A DNA stretch of 64,000 nucleotides from Mobula hypostoma (taxonomy: Eukaryota): contig NC_086108.1 of the NCBI RefSeq assembly GCF_963921235.1, positions 105,774,001-105,838,000 of the forward strand, given 5' to 3'. The translations under genes were made by a program, and so were the position numbers. The notes below the pieces were generated by a model, which worked only from the letters and a program-made list of their open reading frames with translations, had not been told where the DNA came from and searched no databases. This document shows, in pieces, positions 50,715-64,000 of the stretch (within the stretch, counting starts at the first letter, position 1; each line of letters opens with the position of its first letter).

Positions 50715-51390
50715 AGGCTCAGCAGCAGATGTACTTCTTGCAGCGATTGGCAGAATTCCATCTTCCCCCAGAACATACTGCTGCAATTCTACACTGCCAT
50801 CATCGAGAGCATCCTCACTTCAGCCATTACTGCCTGGTTCGGTATGGCATCCTCTCACAATCTACAAAAACTACAGAGGACTGTCAGGACAGCGGAAAAC
50901 ATTGTTGGCTGCAGTCTGCCATCAATGCAAGACTGGTACGTGACAACGGCAAAGAAGTAGAAAGGTAAAATTATTGTGGACACCATCCACCCTGCAAGAT
51001 GCCTTTTTCTCTTCTGGAAAGTGCTATATAAAACAAAAACTTCACACCATCTTAAAAGCTTCTTTCCCCAGGCAGATAATCCGATCAACCATTCTAGTTA
51101 CCACCCACCCCTTTTATCTATTGCCTTTTAGTCACTGCACTATGTTGTAAACACTTCAAACCATTTTTTTTATAATGCTGTTTACATTGCAAATACATGC
51201 CGGGATTTATGTATTTATGCACATTTGATTCCATTGCCCTACTTTAACCTCCAATTTTGTATTTGTGTAATCCTTTATTTTTTTATGATTGTTGAATGTT
51301 GTTTCTTGTTGCATCTTGCACTCTGACCAACCCACCACAGCAAACTCCTAACACATGTAAATGTACGTGGTGAATAATGTTGATCTCTTA
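50715..51390 (+). mobile_element. Rex1/Babar-group 3' fragment
   Basis: KAQQQMYFLQRL..FYTAIIESILT. Confidence 0.8.
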
Positions 51391-51899
51391 TCCTGGATCT
51401 CAGATCTCAGGAGAACAGAACAGAACTCTGGTCTCTGATGTTTGATGTCAATGGCTCAAGTTCAAGTTCATTGTCATTCCACACATATGTGTATACTATC
51501 AAACGAAACAACGTTCCTCTGGATTAAGATGCACAACACACTGCATACAACTCACAAATAAATTAAAAAATAAAACATATATTCCCCAAGATCGACATTT
51601 AGCACAAGGTGCATTTACGAGACAAGTTGAAAAATAGACAGGATAATGCTACTGGCGGTTCACACATGATGAGACCTGGGTGGTAGCAGGGAGTTCAGTA
51701 GTCTCACAGCCTGGAAGAAGAAGCTGTTTCCCATCCTGACAGTCTCTGTTTTAATGCTATGTTACCTCCTGCCTGATGGTAGGGCGACAAAGAGATTGTG
51801 GGTCAGGTGGGAGAGATCCTTGCCAAAGCACTCTCAGCAGTACCGTCGAAGAGGACTGGCAGAGTGTATCTGATGCGGGAGAGTGGACGCAATGTAATT

Positions 51900-52230
51900 A
51901 ATCTACTGGATGATTATTGAGAGGAGTGGTGCAGGGCTCTGATGACTTGAGCTCAAATTTCACTCCAACAGATGGAACTTTAAATTTAAGCATTACATAA
52001 ATCTGGAATAAAGAGTGCCGTCGGTAAACTTGAAAAAGCCAGATGGTTGTGAAAACCCAACTGGGTTCCAAATGCCTTCTAGGGGATATTAATCAGCCTT
52101 TCCTATCAGGTCTAATCTGTTTGTGACTTCAGATCGACCAATATGGTTGAATTTTCACCAATGATAATTCACTTAGGGGGCAATATGGACAGACACCTAA
52201 AGCAACCCCAGCATTTGTTGTGAATAAACA
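51900..52230 (+). mobile_element. Ancient SINE relic (related pieces near 15510-15660 and 50040-50200)
   Basis: Shared degenerate motifs AATTTAAATTC, GATGGTTGTGAAAACCC and GTGACTTCAGA among the three loci. Confidence 0.45.
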
Positions 52231-53554
52231 TCATACTTTACAAAGACATTTGGCAGAGAATGGAGCTGAAGTAGGAGGGATAGGAGGTGTCAGAGGTGTC
52301 ATCCTACCTCTTATACTGGATTTTGTGTGTGTATGGAGCAGATACTTGAGGTTCCCACGCCCATTCTCAATGCTCTTTCTCTACATAAGACCGTAAATCA
52401 TAGGGGCAGAAATAAGCCATTTGACGCATGGAGTCTGCTCCACCATTTCATCACGGCCGATTTATTATGCCTCACAACCCCATTCTCCTGCCTTCTCCCA
52501 GTAACCTTTGATACCCTCTGCCCAAAGGCTTGGCCTTCATAGCAATGAATTCCATAGATTCACCACCCTCTTGCTAAAGAGATTTCTTCTTATTTCTGTT
52601 CTAATGAGACGTCCTTCTATTCTGAGCTTATGCCCTCTGATAAGAGACATCCCCACTATTTGAACCATCTCCTCCCTATCCATTTTGTTCATTCTTTATG
52701 TGCTGTGTCTTGTTCTTGGAAATTTTTTCTATAGTAGTGGTTTGCCATTGTCTCCTTCTGGGCAGTGTTTTTACAAGACCAGTGACCCCCAGCCATTATC
52801 AATACTCTTCAGAGATTGTCTACCTGGCGTCAGTGGTCATATAACCAGGACTTGTGATAAGCACCAGCTGCACATATGACCATCCACCACCTGCTCCCAT
52901 GGCTTCACTGACCTGTGCACTACTAGAGGGAAGGAATTCCTTCGCCTCCTTCAGTGGTGATGCAGCGCCACCCCACCACACACTGCTCTATTAGCCCTTT
53001 CAGTGAGAATCCTCGCGCCCCACCATGATTCTAAACTCTAGGAAGTTCCAATGGATCAGAAAGATTTTTTTCCAAGGAGGCTTTGAAGACATCTTTTCTT
53101 CCCCTGTTCACATGGTAACCCCGTAGCATCACACGATTGTAAATCTGGTATTGAGCACAAAGACACTGAGCTGTCGGCTGAATTAATTGGGCCCCGAATG
53201 TTGCGGATGTTGGCCTGGGAGGTGGCACTGCCGCTGGTGCACTAATCCTAATGATGGACCTGGAGGGCTTTGCAGAGACCACTTTAGCAGTAACTTTCCA
53301 ACTCTGATCTCCACCTCCTTTCCCAAACATTCCAGTGCTTTAGGATGCCTAGAGAAGATGGACGCTGTGCTTGAGTCTGATGGTACAACACATGATCTCT
53401 TAGGCTACCTGCTCATGACCATTGCACCTAAGTATCTACCTACACTGTACATATCTCTGTGACCATAACAACCTGTGCACTTACGTTGGGAATGATTTGT
53501 ACATATGACATGCAGAAGAAATTTTTTCACTGGACCTTATAACTGTATAACAAT

Positions 53555-54072
53555 TACAGCATGGAAACAGGCCATCTCGGCCCTTCTAGTCCGTGCCGAA
53601 CTCTTACTCTCACCTAGTCCCACCGACCTGCACTCAGCCCATAACCCTCCATTCCTTTCCTGCCCATATAGCTGTCCAATTTAACTTTAAACGACAACAT
53701 CGAACCTGCCTCAACCACTTCTGCTGGAAGCTTGTTCCACACAGCCACCACTCTCTGAGTAAAGAAGTTCCCCCTCATGTTACCCCTAAACTTTTGCCCT
53801 TTAACTCTCAACTCAAGTCTTGTTTGAATCTCCCCCACCCTCAATGGAAAAAGCCTATCCACGTCAGCTCTATCTATCCCCCTCATAATTTTAAATACCT
53901 CTATCAAGTCCCCTCTCAACCTTCTACATTCCAAAGAATAAAGACCCAACTTGTTCAACCTTTCTCTGTAACTTAGGTGCTGAAATCCAGGTAACATTCT
54001 AGTAAATCTTCCCTGTACTCTATTTTGTTGACATCTTTCCGATAATTCGGTGACCAAAACTGTACACAATAC
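53555..54072 (-). mobile_element. CR1 3' fragment
   Basis: ORF 53614-54069 RRLRGDLIEVFKIM..FFTQRVV. Confidence 0.9.
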
Positions 54073-54954
54073 AGACCTTGCGACAGGTGAAAATAATAAA
54101 CCAATTATCTGCTGTCAGTCTTTAGAACCATCTTCCCGACAGAAGAACCAAGGAGAAGGAATGAGAAGGATGTGACAGGGATGCTGCATTATGCTTTCCT
54201 AAAGTCAGCAGCACAAGTAGATTGCATTTGAGTCAAAGTTCAAGTTTAATTATCATTCAACCAGACATGAATACTCATGAATACAGAATTTCTCCAGGGG
54301 TGAGGTGTAAAACACAAAACACAGCTCTGATGGTTATACGCAGCACAGGCACGTTTAGCACATATACTATTAGATTGGATTAAATTTTTCCACCAGTCCA
54401 AGTTGGGGGGTTCAGCTCTGGCCTAACAATCTTGACTGGTAAAACAAAAGGAAACAGCAATGAAGAATCCTTCTACGCCTGAGTGTAACGGTATTCCTGA
54501 GTCTCCATCCGAGACTTGCATGACTGACAGCCATGAAAACCGAGAAGAAGTTGCTGACATGATGAAGGAAGCCCTGAACACCATCAGAGATGGAGGACCT
54601 TCATTGCTGCCCTAAATGCCAGTGATATAATGGACAGCAAGTAAGATTGAATATATTTATTACACGTGCATTGAAACATACAGTGAAATGCATCTTTTGC
54701 ATTAACAACTCAATGGAACTTACAGATGTGCTAGGGGCAGATGTGTTGTTGTCACACATTCCAGTGCCAACATGGCATGCCCACATTGTTCAGCAGAACA
54801 ATGCACAGCCAACATACAACAAACTACAATAACAAAACAAGCCCCTTTCCCACTATAACATCCACACACACACACACACACAATTGGGCCTCCAGTTCCA
54901 GGACAGGCCATCTCTGGTAGTCTGCCCTCCATTCCTTGGGGAGCAAGCATCTTC

Positions 54955-55385
54955 ACTCAGCTGATGCATCCAAAGGAACGGCAGAGATTGATACATTTTG
55001 GCACCAGTGACATCACAGGAGACCTTTGAGCTCAACGTAGGACTGCCTTAGGGACTCCAGCTCCAGGTTTTCCCCTCAGGGTTTACTCCCGAAGCCTTCC
55101 CCGTGTGTGGGTGTCATCACAAGGTAGAGGAGGTTTGAGATCAAAGTTTTCCTTCTCATAGTTGAGCTGACAAGCCCCATCTGCTCAAAGCGACTGGTTT
55201 TCAAGGTGCCTGTAACCCAACTTTTCCCCATCTCCTGTCAATAGAAACAGTTTTGTTGGGCTTATTAGCTAAGCTACACGTGAAAGCCAAGAGCTGGACC
55301 TGGTTCTCAGAGGCTATTTGAGGAGCACACCATTGGGAGCATTTAATATGTAGTGGGAGTTAATCCCCCACGACTCCCCCCAGCT
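54955..55385 (-). mobile_element. RTE 5'UTR-derived retroposon, third copy, covering the site where the Gypsy inserted in the first copy
   Basis: Reverse complement joins the sequence seen left of 340 to the sequence seen right of 4667. Confidence 0.75.
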
Positions 55386-56179
55386 ATAACAATCTAAGGA
55401 ACCATCTCCTTATTACCCTAACTATCCTGCCACAGTGTAGGGTAGACACCAGGGGACAGTAAGGCACAACAGAGAAGAGACAATCACAACCAGTGAGCCT
55501 GGAGACCATCTGGTGAACATGATTAAGTCCAGCCATCATGCATCTTGATTTTGTGCAGTTCGCCTCCCTGCCATAGGAACTGCTCAACAGCAAAATAAAT
55601 AAAGCACACTTAAAAGCAGTCCATAACTGATTGCTTTATGGACTTCCTAAACAAAACAGTGTGTGTGAACTAAAAAAAATGGAAAAAAAAAACTATTTTC
55701 GAGAGTTGCAAATGAATGGAATAATAGCTAAAGTAAAAATGAGATCTGAAAGGCCTCTGGAATGGCAAAGGCTGAGGGAAGACCGCAAAGAGGTTTATAA
55801 AATTAGCTGGAGGAAGGTGAATCTGTGGCATTCATTACTACAAGCAAACGTGGAGGTCAAGTCATTGTGTACATTCAAACTGGAGGTTGATTGGTCTTTG
55901 ATTAATCAGGGCATCAAATTTTTTGTTGAGGGAGACAGTTAATCAGCCAAATGACCTAATTCACCTCCTATGTTTTATGTTCTTTGGTTTACGATTATGA
56001 GAGGCATTGATAGAGAGGACAGTTGGCATCTTGTTCCAAGGTCAGTATCTCTAGCACCGGTGGGCATGTATTCATGATGAGGGAGATTAAGCTCAAAGGA
56101 GATGTGTGGGACAAGTCTAGTTCACAGGGAGTGGCAGGTGCCTGAATACGCTGTCAGGGGTGACTGGTAGAGACAAAAA

Positions 56180-56839
56180 CACTCAGTGGCTACTTTACTA
56201 CTGTCTTCCTGTACCTAGTTAGGCAAGTGATCACTGAGTGTATGTTTGTGATCTCCTGGTGTTTTAATCCATCCACTTCAAGGTTTGACATGTGTATTCA
56301 GAGATGATCTTCTGCACATCACTGTTGTAATGAGTGGTTATTTGAGTTACTGTCACCTTCTTGTCACCATGAATCGGTCTAGCCATTCTCACCTGACCTC
56401 TCTCATTAAAGCATTTTTGCACAGAGCTGCCGCTCACTGGATTTTTTTTTTTTTGTTTGTTTTTAGCACCATTCTCTGTAAACTCTAGAGCAGGGGGGTG
56501 TTCGGCCTTTTTTTTTTAATGCCATGGAGTCCTAGCATTAACCAAGGGACCCCAGTTTGGAAACCCATGCTCCAGAGACTGCTGCGTGTGAAAATCCCAG
56601 GAGATCAGCAGTTTCTGAGATACTCATACAGCCCTGCCTGGCACCAACCATCAATCTAGAGTCAAAGTCACTTCAATCACATTTCTTCCCCCATTCTGAT
56701 GTTTGGTCTGAACAACAGCTGAACCTCTTGCCCATGTCTGCGTGCTTTTATACATTGAATTGCTGCCATGGGATTTGGCTGATTATTTGAATTAGCAAGC
56801 AACTGTACAGCTTTACCTCATAAAGTAGCCACTGAGTGC
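56180..56839 (-). mobile_element. Deleted Tc1 element (same family as 15857-16361)
   Basis: CACTCAGTGGCTACTTTA TIRs at both ends plus an internal third TIR near 56240. Confidence 0.8.
56491..56569. mobile_element. hAT/Charlie-type MITE
   Basis: CAGGGG...CCCATG termini; 8-bp TSD CTCTAGAG / CTCCAGAG. Confidence 0.8.
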
Positions 56840-57105
56840 ACGATAGTAAGCGAGGCAAAATGGGAATCATTAAGAGAGAGGTGAAGGGCAGATGACACCA
56901 GTTAAGGAGAGCAGTGTTAGGGGTGAGACCTATGTCCCCACTTCTCAGCTGTTTACCTATGGTCATCTCTGCCTTGGCATAACCACGAGAAGCAATGAAT
57001 GCAGTCCTTTTGCCCAGGGCACCCGTGGCCAATACCAGATTACATCTGTTTAAGGTGAGTGGAGTAAAGATTTGGGGGAATTTCAGAGATAAGGTTGTTT
57101 GTTTG

Positions 57106-57627
57106 TGTCAGGTTTCAGTGGGACTCAAGTGCAGACCAACAAATACTTTTTCACCAGGGTTTATTAGGGAGCACAAGGGCAGACGTCTTTCAAAAACAGA
57201 AGGCAGGCACGAATCCAAAATGGCAGGCAGAGGTCTTACCAGGAAAGGCAGTCAGGCGAGGGCAGACAATCCAGAGCGCACAGGCAAAAATCAGATCCAA
57301 GAACAGGTAAAATCCCAAAAAAAAGCAGGCAAAATCAGTTGGCAGAAGTCACAATGACAGGCTAGAATGACACAGGTCAAAACTGGGACAAACTAGCAGA
57401 GAATACTAGTCAAGGCAGGGTTTAAATGGACGGGGTAATGAGTGAAAATTAGAAACAGGTGGGTGCAAATGAGGAGACAAGCAGGTAATTGGAGAAAGTC
57501 CAAAAAGGGAAGGGGCTGGGCCAGAACCCACATGGCCAGGTGAAAGAAAACAGAAATTAAAGACAGTGGTGATCCAGAGCTACCAGCAGAGGCCCTTTGA
57601 CCCAGTGTTCAGGCCGGATCCTTAACA
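57106..57627 (-). mobile_element. Solo LTR inside a CR1 3' fragment
   Basis: TGTCAGG...CCTTAACA; TSD GTTTG/ATTTG; the CR1 sequence resumes after it. Confidence 0.75.
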
Positions 57628-57869
57628 ATTTGTTTGTTTTTTTTTACACAGAGAGTGGTGGGTGCCTGGGATGCCCTGCTGGGGTGGTGATAGAAGCGGA
57701 TACATTAGGGACATTTAAAAGAATTTTAGATGGGCACATAGGTGTAAGTAAAATGGAGTGTTGTGGGCTGTATAGGAGGGAAGTGTTAGATTGATTTTGG
57801 AGTGAGTTTATATAGGTTGGCCCCAACATTATGGGCCAAAGGGCCTGTACTATATTCTCTTCCCCTGTG

Positions 57870-58412
57870 GGTCTTCACCTTGTTGTGGTGGAGAGGCTTG
57901 TGTGTTTCTGAGATCCTGAGAGTGATGTTCTCTGGAGTTTAGCCATCTGGTACTTAGCTCCTGCTAGGGTCACCCAGGGTAGTAAGGCCAATGGGGAGAT
58001 TCCAGATGAAGACCAATTCAACCAAGACCTCAGCAGTGGAACTGGTGGGAGATAATGACATGTCTCAATGGCAGTGAAGGCAGAGGAAGGCTGCAGCAGT
58101 GAAGAATCACCAGCCACCTTGCGTTCCACGCCACTGGATGCACTGTACACTGTAGTGGCTGTCCATGCTTCAGCCTCCCCACAATAAGCAAAGTCACACA
58201 CAGGCATTGTCCATTAAGGGAATCCACACTGACATACCAACCAGATAAAATCCCACGGCAATCAGCAAGTGGTGAAGGGGGTAGAATTATGAGTCTGACC
58301 CATATGTGGATCCTGGATCGGCCTCTATAGCCACCCAAAGACCCACCAATAGGCAACCCTTTAGAGAAATCATACTCGACTTCAGGGACCATGTTAATAC
58401 TACTACTACTAC
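57870..58412 (+). mobile_element. Rex3/Expander (MER6-like) 5'UTR-derived element with (TAC)n tail
   Basis: CACCTTGTTGTGGTGGAGAGGCTTG..GATCCTGAGAG..TAGGGTCACCCA. Confidence 0.55.
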
Positions 58413-59292
58413 TGTACTGTGCTGTTCTATGTTGATAAACACCATATTCTGCAAATGCTGGAAATGTGAAGTAAAACAGACAAAGTGCTGAAGGACCTCA
58501 GCAGGTTGACCCATAAGACCTTAGGACATTGAAGCTGAATTAACCCATTTGGCCCAGCAAGTCTACTCCACCATTCCATCATGATTGATTTCTTATTCCC
58601 CTTACTAAGCAAGATCCTATAAAGCTCTGCACTAAATATACCCAATGACTTGGCCTTTTCAGCTGTCTGTGTAATAAATTCCATAGATTTACCAGCCTCT
58701 GGCCAAAGCAATTCTTCCTCATTTCTGTTCCAAGTGGACATCCTTGTATTTTGAGGCTATGCCCTCTAATCGTAGACTTCGCACATCCACTCTATCTAGG
58801 CTTTTCAACATTTGATAGGTTTCAATGAGATCCTTCTTATTCATTTAAATTCCAGTGAGTACTGGCTCAGCGCAGTCAAACACTCAGTGTACATTAACCC
58901 TTTCATTGCTGGGATCATTCTCATCAACCTCCTCTGGACCTTCTCCAATGTCAGCACACCTTTTCTCAGACAAGGGGGCCAATACTCCAAGTACAGACTG
59001 CCCAGTGCCTTATAAAGCTTCATTAGTACACCCTTGCTGTTATATTCTAGTCCTCTCAGAATGAATGCTAACATTAGCACCGACTCAGTCAACAAGTTAA
59101 CCTTTAGGGAATCCTGCACGAGGACTCTGAAGTCCCTGTGTATCTCTGAATTTCTGAATATGCTCCCTATTTAACAAATGGTATGTCTATTCCTTCTACC
59201 AAAGTGCATGACCAAACACTTCCCTAAACAGTATCCCTTCTTTGCTCATTCTCATCATCTAAGTCCTTCTGCAGACTCTCTTCCTCAACACT

Positions 59293-59846
59293 ACGGCTTC
59301 CTCTACTGTAAAGATGAAGCCACACTCAGGTTGGAGGAACAACACTTTATATTCCGTCTGGGTAGCCTCCAACCTGATGGCATGAACATTGACTTCTCTA
59401 ACTTCTGCTAATGCCCCACCTCCCCCTCGTACCCCATCCATTATTTATTTATATACACACATTCTTTCTCTCTCTCTCCTTTTTCTCCCTCTGTCCCTCT
59501 GACTATACCCCTTGCCCATCCTCTGGGTTTTCCCCCCTCCCCCTTTTCTTTCTCTCTAGGCCTCCTGTCCCATGATCCTCCCTTATCCCTTTTGCCAATC
59601 AACTGTCCAGCTCTTGGCTCCATCCCTCCCCCTCCTGTCTTCTCCTATCATTTTGGATCTACACCCTCTCCCTCCCACTTTCAAATCTCTTACTCACTCT
59701 TCCTTCAGTTAGTCCTGATGAAGGGTCTCGGCCCGAAACGTCAACTGCACCTCTTCCTAGAGATGCTGCCTGGCCTGCTGCGTTCACCAGCAACTTTGAT
59801 GTGTGTTGCTTGAATTCCCAGCATCTGCAGAATTCCTCATGTCTGC
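59293..59846 (+). mobile_element. PLE 3' fragment (GIY-YIG end plus pLTR) inserted in a minus-strand CR1 (about 58510-60010)
   Basis: HYGFLYCKDEATLRLEEQHFIFRLGSLQPDGMNIDFSNF. Confidence 0.9.
59711..59746 (+). ncRNA. Minimal hammerhead ribozyme
   Basis: AGTC CTGATGA AGGGTCTCGGCCC GAAA CGTC AACT. Confidence 0.75.
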
Positions 59847-60481
59847 CCCTCTTCCTATCTTCATATGGTCTACAAAGCCATTAATTCACCTAAATCATTG
59901 ACATATAAGGTGAAAAGTAACAGACGCAACGCTGACCCCTGTGGAACATCACTAGTCACTGGCATCCGACCAGAAAAGGCCCTCTTTACTCCTACTGTTT
60001 GCTTCCTGCCAGGCAGCATCTATGGAGAAGATAGTCAATGTCTCAGCCTGAAATGTTAACTGCTGTACGTTCTAAAATTACTTATTGCCACAGTGCAAAT
60101 TTCTGCAACTCTTCAAAGACTTCTGAGTATCATTTCAGCTGTATCCTGTAAGATTTCAACCTCCCAATTATAATCAAGTTCATCTTTATTGTCATTCAAC
60201 CGTATACATGTATACCGCCAATCAAAACAAGGTTCTTCCAGACCTAGGTGCACAACACAGTATGAATAACTTACACACAACACAAAGCAATATTACCACA
60301 AACAAATAATAAAATATATTACATAAGATTGACATTTAGCACAAGATACATTTATGACATATGTTAAAAAGTAAACATTTTAATGTTAGTGATGAGACCT
60401 GGGTGGTGACAGGGAGTTCAGTAGTAGTCCCGTAGCCTGGGGGAAGAAACTGTTTCCCATCCTAACAGTCCTTGTCCTAAC

Positions 60482-63400
60482 AAACCGAGTTAGGGAACTG
60501 GAGCTGGAGCTGGATGAACTTTGGATTATTTGTGAGGCAGAGGCAGAAATAGACAGGAGTTTCAGGGAGACAGTCACCCCTGAAAGTCAAGAAGCAGGTA
60601 GCTATCAGGTGACTATCAGGAGAGGGAAGGGCCGTTTCCACCAACAATAAGTATACTGTTTTGGATACTGTTGGGGGGGACAAGTTGCAGTGGTCGTGTC
60701 TCTAGCACCGAGACTGGACCCTCAGCTCAGAAGGGAAGGAGGGAAAAGAGGAGAGTAGTAGTGACAGGGAATTCGATAGTTAGGGGGACAAATAAGAGGT
60801 TCTGTGGAAGAGATCAAGAATCCCGGATGGTCTGTTGCCTCCCTGGTGCCAGGGTCCGCAATATCTCGGATCGAGTTCCCGGTATTCTTAGGAGGGAGGG
60901 TGGGCAGCCAGATGTCGTGATCCATGTAGGGACCAATGACATGTATAGGAAGAAGGAGGAGGTCCTGCAAAGCGAGTTTAAGGAGTTAGGTGCAAAGATG
61001 AAGGACAGGACCTCCAGGGTTGCAATCTCAGGATTGCTACCCATGCCACGTGCTAGTGAGGCTAGAAATAGGAAGATAATGCAGCTAAATACGTGGCTAA
61101 GGAGTTGGTGCAGGAGGGAGGGCTTCATGTTTCTGGATAATTGGGCTTTGTTCCAGGGAAGGTGGGACCTGTTCCGATGGGATGGGTTGCATCTGAACTG
61201 GAGGGGGACTGACCCTTGCGGGAAGGTTTGCTAGTGCTGCTCTGGGGGGTTTAAACTAGATTTGCAAGGGGAGGGGAACCACAGTGTTAGAGCAGATAGT
61301 GAGGTGGAGGAGGATAATAGTCATGCGAGAACTGCAAGTATAGTGCATGGAGTAAAGCCAGATCTAACATATAAAGAGGTTTTCAGGAAAGAGAAGCAGA
61401 ATAAAGGGTGTAAAGGTGGTAAGGTAGAAGGGCTAAAGTGCGTGGACTTCAATGGAAGAAGCATCAGGACAAAGGTGATGAACTGAGAGCTTGGATACAT
61501 ACATGGAATTATGATGTAGTTCCATAACAGAGACTTGGCTGGCACCAGGGCAGGAATGGATTCTCAATATTCCTGGATTTCAGTGCTTTAAAAGGGATGG
61601 GGGGGAAGGGGAGGAGGGGTGGCATTACTGGTCAGGGATACTATTACAGCTACAGAAAAGGTGGGTCATGTAGCAGGTTCCTCTTTTGAATCAGTATGGG
61701 TGGAAGTCAGGAACAGGAAGGGAGCAGATACGCTATTGGGGGTATTCTATAGGCCCCCTGGTAGCAGCAGAGATACAGACGACCAGATTGGGAGGCAGGT
61801 TTTGGAAAGGTGCAAAAATAACAAGGTTGTTATCATGGGTGACTTTAACTTCCCTAATATTGATTGGCACCTGAATAGTTCCAATGGTTTAGACGGGGCA
61901 GAGCTTGTTAAGTGTGTCCAGGACGGATTCCTGTCATAGTATGTTGACAGGCCGACTAGGGGGAATGCCATACTAGACCTATTATTAGTTAGCAAACCGA
62001 GTCAGTTCACAGATCTCTCAGTGGGTGACAATCTGGGGTCAGTGACCACCGCTCCCTGGCCTTTAACACTATCACACTATCATGGAAAGTGACCGGAAAT
62101 TTTTTAATTATGAGGCTATAAGGCTAGAACTTGTGGGTGTGAATTGGGATGATGTTTTTGCAGGGAAATGCACTATGGACATGTGGTCAATGTTGGGGAT
62201 CTCTTGCAGGATGTTAGGGATAAATTTGTCCCCGTGAGGAAGGTAAAGAATGGTAGGCTGAAGGATCCATGGGTGACAGGTGAGGTGGAAAATCTAGTCA
62301 GGTGGAAGAAGGCAGCATACATGAGGTTTAGGAAGCAAGGATCAGATGGGTCTATTGAGGAATATAGGGTAGCAAGAAAGGAGCTTAAGAAGGGGCTGAG
62401 GAGATAAAGAAGTGGGCATGAGAAGGCCTTGGCGAGTAGAGTAAAGGAAAACCCTGAGGCATTCTTCAATTATATGAAGAACAAAATGATGACAGAAGTG
62501 AAGGTAGGACCAATTAGAGATAAAGGTGGGAAGATGTGCCTGGAGGCATGGAAGTGAGCGAGGTCCTCAATGAATTCTTCTCTTCACTATTCACCAATGA
62601 GAGGGAACTTGATGATGGTGAGGACAATATGAGTGAGGTTGATGTTCTGCAGCATGTTGATATTAAGGAAGAGGAGGTGTTGGAGTTGTTAAAATACATT
62701 AGGATGGATAAGTCCCCGGAGCCTGATGGAATATTCCCCAGGCTGCTCCACAAGGCGAGGGAAGAGATGGCTGAGCCTCTGGCTATGATCTTTATGTCCT
62801 CTTTGTCCATGGGAATGGTACCGGAGGATTGGAGGGAGGCAAATTTTGTCCCCTTGTTCAAAAAAGGTAGTAGGGATAGTCCGGGCAATTTTAGACCAGT
62901 GAGCCTTACGTATGTGGTGGGAAAGCTGTTGGAAAAGATTCTTAGAGATAGGATCTATGGGCATTCAGAGAATCATGGTCTGATCAGGGACAGTCAGCAT
63001 GGCTTTGTGAAGGGCAAATAGTGTCTAACAAGCCTGATAGAGTTCTTTGAGGAGGTGACCAGGCATCTAGATGAGGGTAGTGCAGTGGATGTGATCTACA
63101 TGGATTTTAGTAAGGCATTTGACAAGGTTCCACATGGTAGGCTTATTCAGAAAGTCAGAAGGCATGGGATCCAGGGAAGTTTGGCCAGGTGGATTCAGAA
63201 TTGGCTTGCCTGCAGAAGGCAGTGGGTCGTGGTGGAGGGAGTACATTCAGATTGGAGGATTGTGACTAGTGGTGTCCCACAAGGATCGGTTCTGGGACCT
63301 CTACTTCTTGTGATTTTTATTAATGACCTGGATGTGGGGGTAGAGGGGTGGGTTGGCAAGTTTGCAGACGACACAAAGGTTGGTGGTGTTGTGGATAGTG

Positions 63401-64000
63401 TAGAGGGTTGTCGATCATTGCAGAGAGACATTGATAGGATGCAGAAGTGGGCAGAGAAGTTGCAGATGGAGTTCAACCCGGAGAAGTGTGAGGTGGTACA
63501 CTTTGGAAGGATAAACTCCAAGGCGGAGTACAAAGTAAATGGCAGGATATTTGGTAGTGTGGAGGAGCAGAGGGATCTGTGGGTACATGTTCAGCGCACC
63601 ATGAAAGTTGCCTCACAGGTAGATAGTGTATTTAAGAAAGCTTATGGGGTGTTAGCTTTCATAAGTCGAGGGATAGAGTTTAAGAGTCGTGAGGTAATGA
63701 TGCAGCTCTATAAAATTCTGGTTATGCCATACTTGGAGTACTGTGTCCAGTTCTGGTCACCTCACTATAGGAAGGCTGTGGAAGCATTGGAAAGGGTACA
63801 GAGGAGATTCAACAGGATACTGCCTGGTTTAGAAAGTATGCATTATGATCAGAGATTACGGGAGCTAGGGCTTTACTCTTTGGAGAGAAGAGGATGAGAG
63901 GAGACATGATAGAGGTATACAAGATATTAAGAGGAATAGATAGAGTGGACAGCCAGCGCCTCTTCCCCAGGGCACCACTGCTCAGTACAAGAGGACATGG
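60482..64000 (+). mobile_element. Long CR1 LINE: ORF1 (coiled coil plus SGNH esterase), APE endonuclease, RT; disrupted and runs off the window
   Basis: GNSIVRG..CLPGA..HVGTND..DGLHLN; ITETWL; YRPP; GDFN; SDH; NFRPVSLT; DFSKAFDKV; GVPQGSVLGP; FADD. Confidence 0.94.

Noticed and set aside
1..64000. Prokaryotic systems (CRISPR, retron, operons) or contamination
   Set aside because: No repeat-spacer array or gene-dense region; every RT belongs to a eukaryotic Gypsy, PLE, CR1, Rex1, R4 or RTE family.

Overview
Eukaryotic, repeat-saturated intergenic or intronic DNA. The repeat repertoire (HE1-type V-SINEs, CR1 with SGNH-esterase ORF1, Rex1/Babar tails, Neptune-type Penelope pLTRs) points to a cartilaginous fish, probably a ray; this is inference. 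No host gene is identifiable with confidence. Main elements: (1) a full-length, decayed Ty3/Gypsy element of the CsRn1 lineage at 340-4667 (CHCC Gag, tRNA-Trp PBS, CCAC TSD), nested in an RTE-derived SINE that is itself nested in a CR1; (2) a young Penelope-like element at 34202-39283 with RT and GIY-YIG domains, tandem plus inverted pseudo-LTRs and three intact minimal hammerhead ribozymes, with many hammerhead-bearing pLTR relics across the window; (3) a pol-deleted Gypsy with PNMA-like Gag at about 19794-24910; (4) a decayed R4/Dong RLE-type LINE at about 44985-48190; (5) a long CR1 at 60482-64000. There are also solo LTRs, Tc1 and hAT MITEs, RTE-tailed SINEs and several non-repetitive islands that may be enhancers or small exons. 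All coordinates and comparisons were read by eye.
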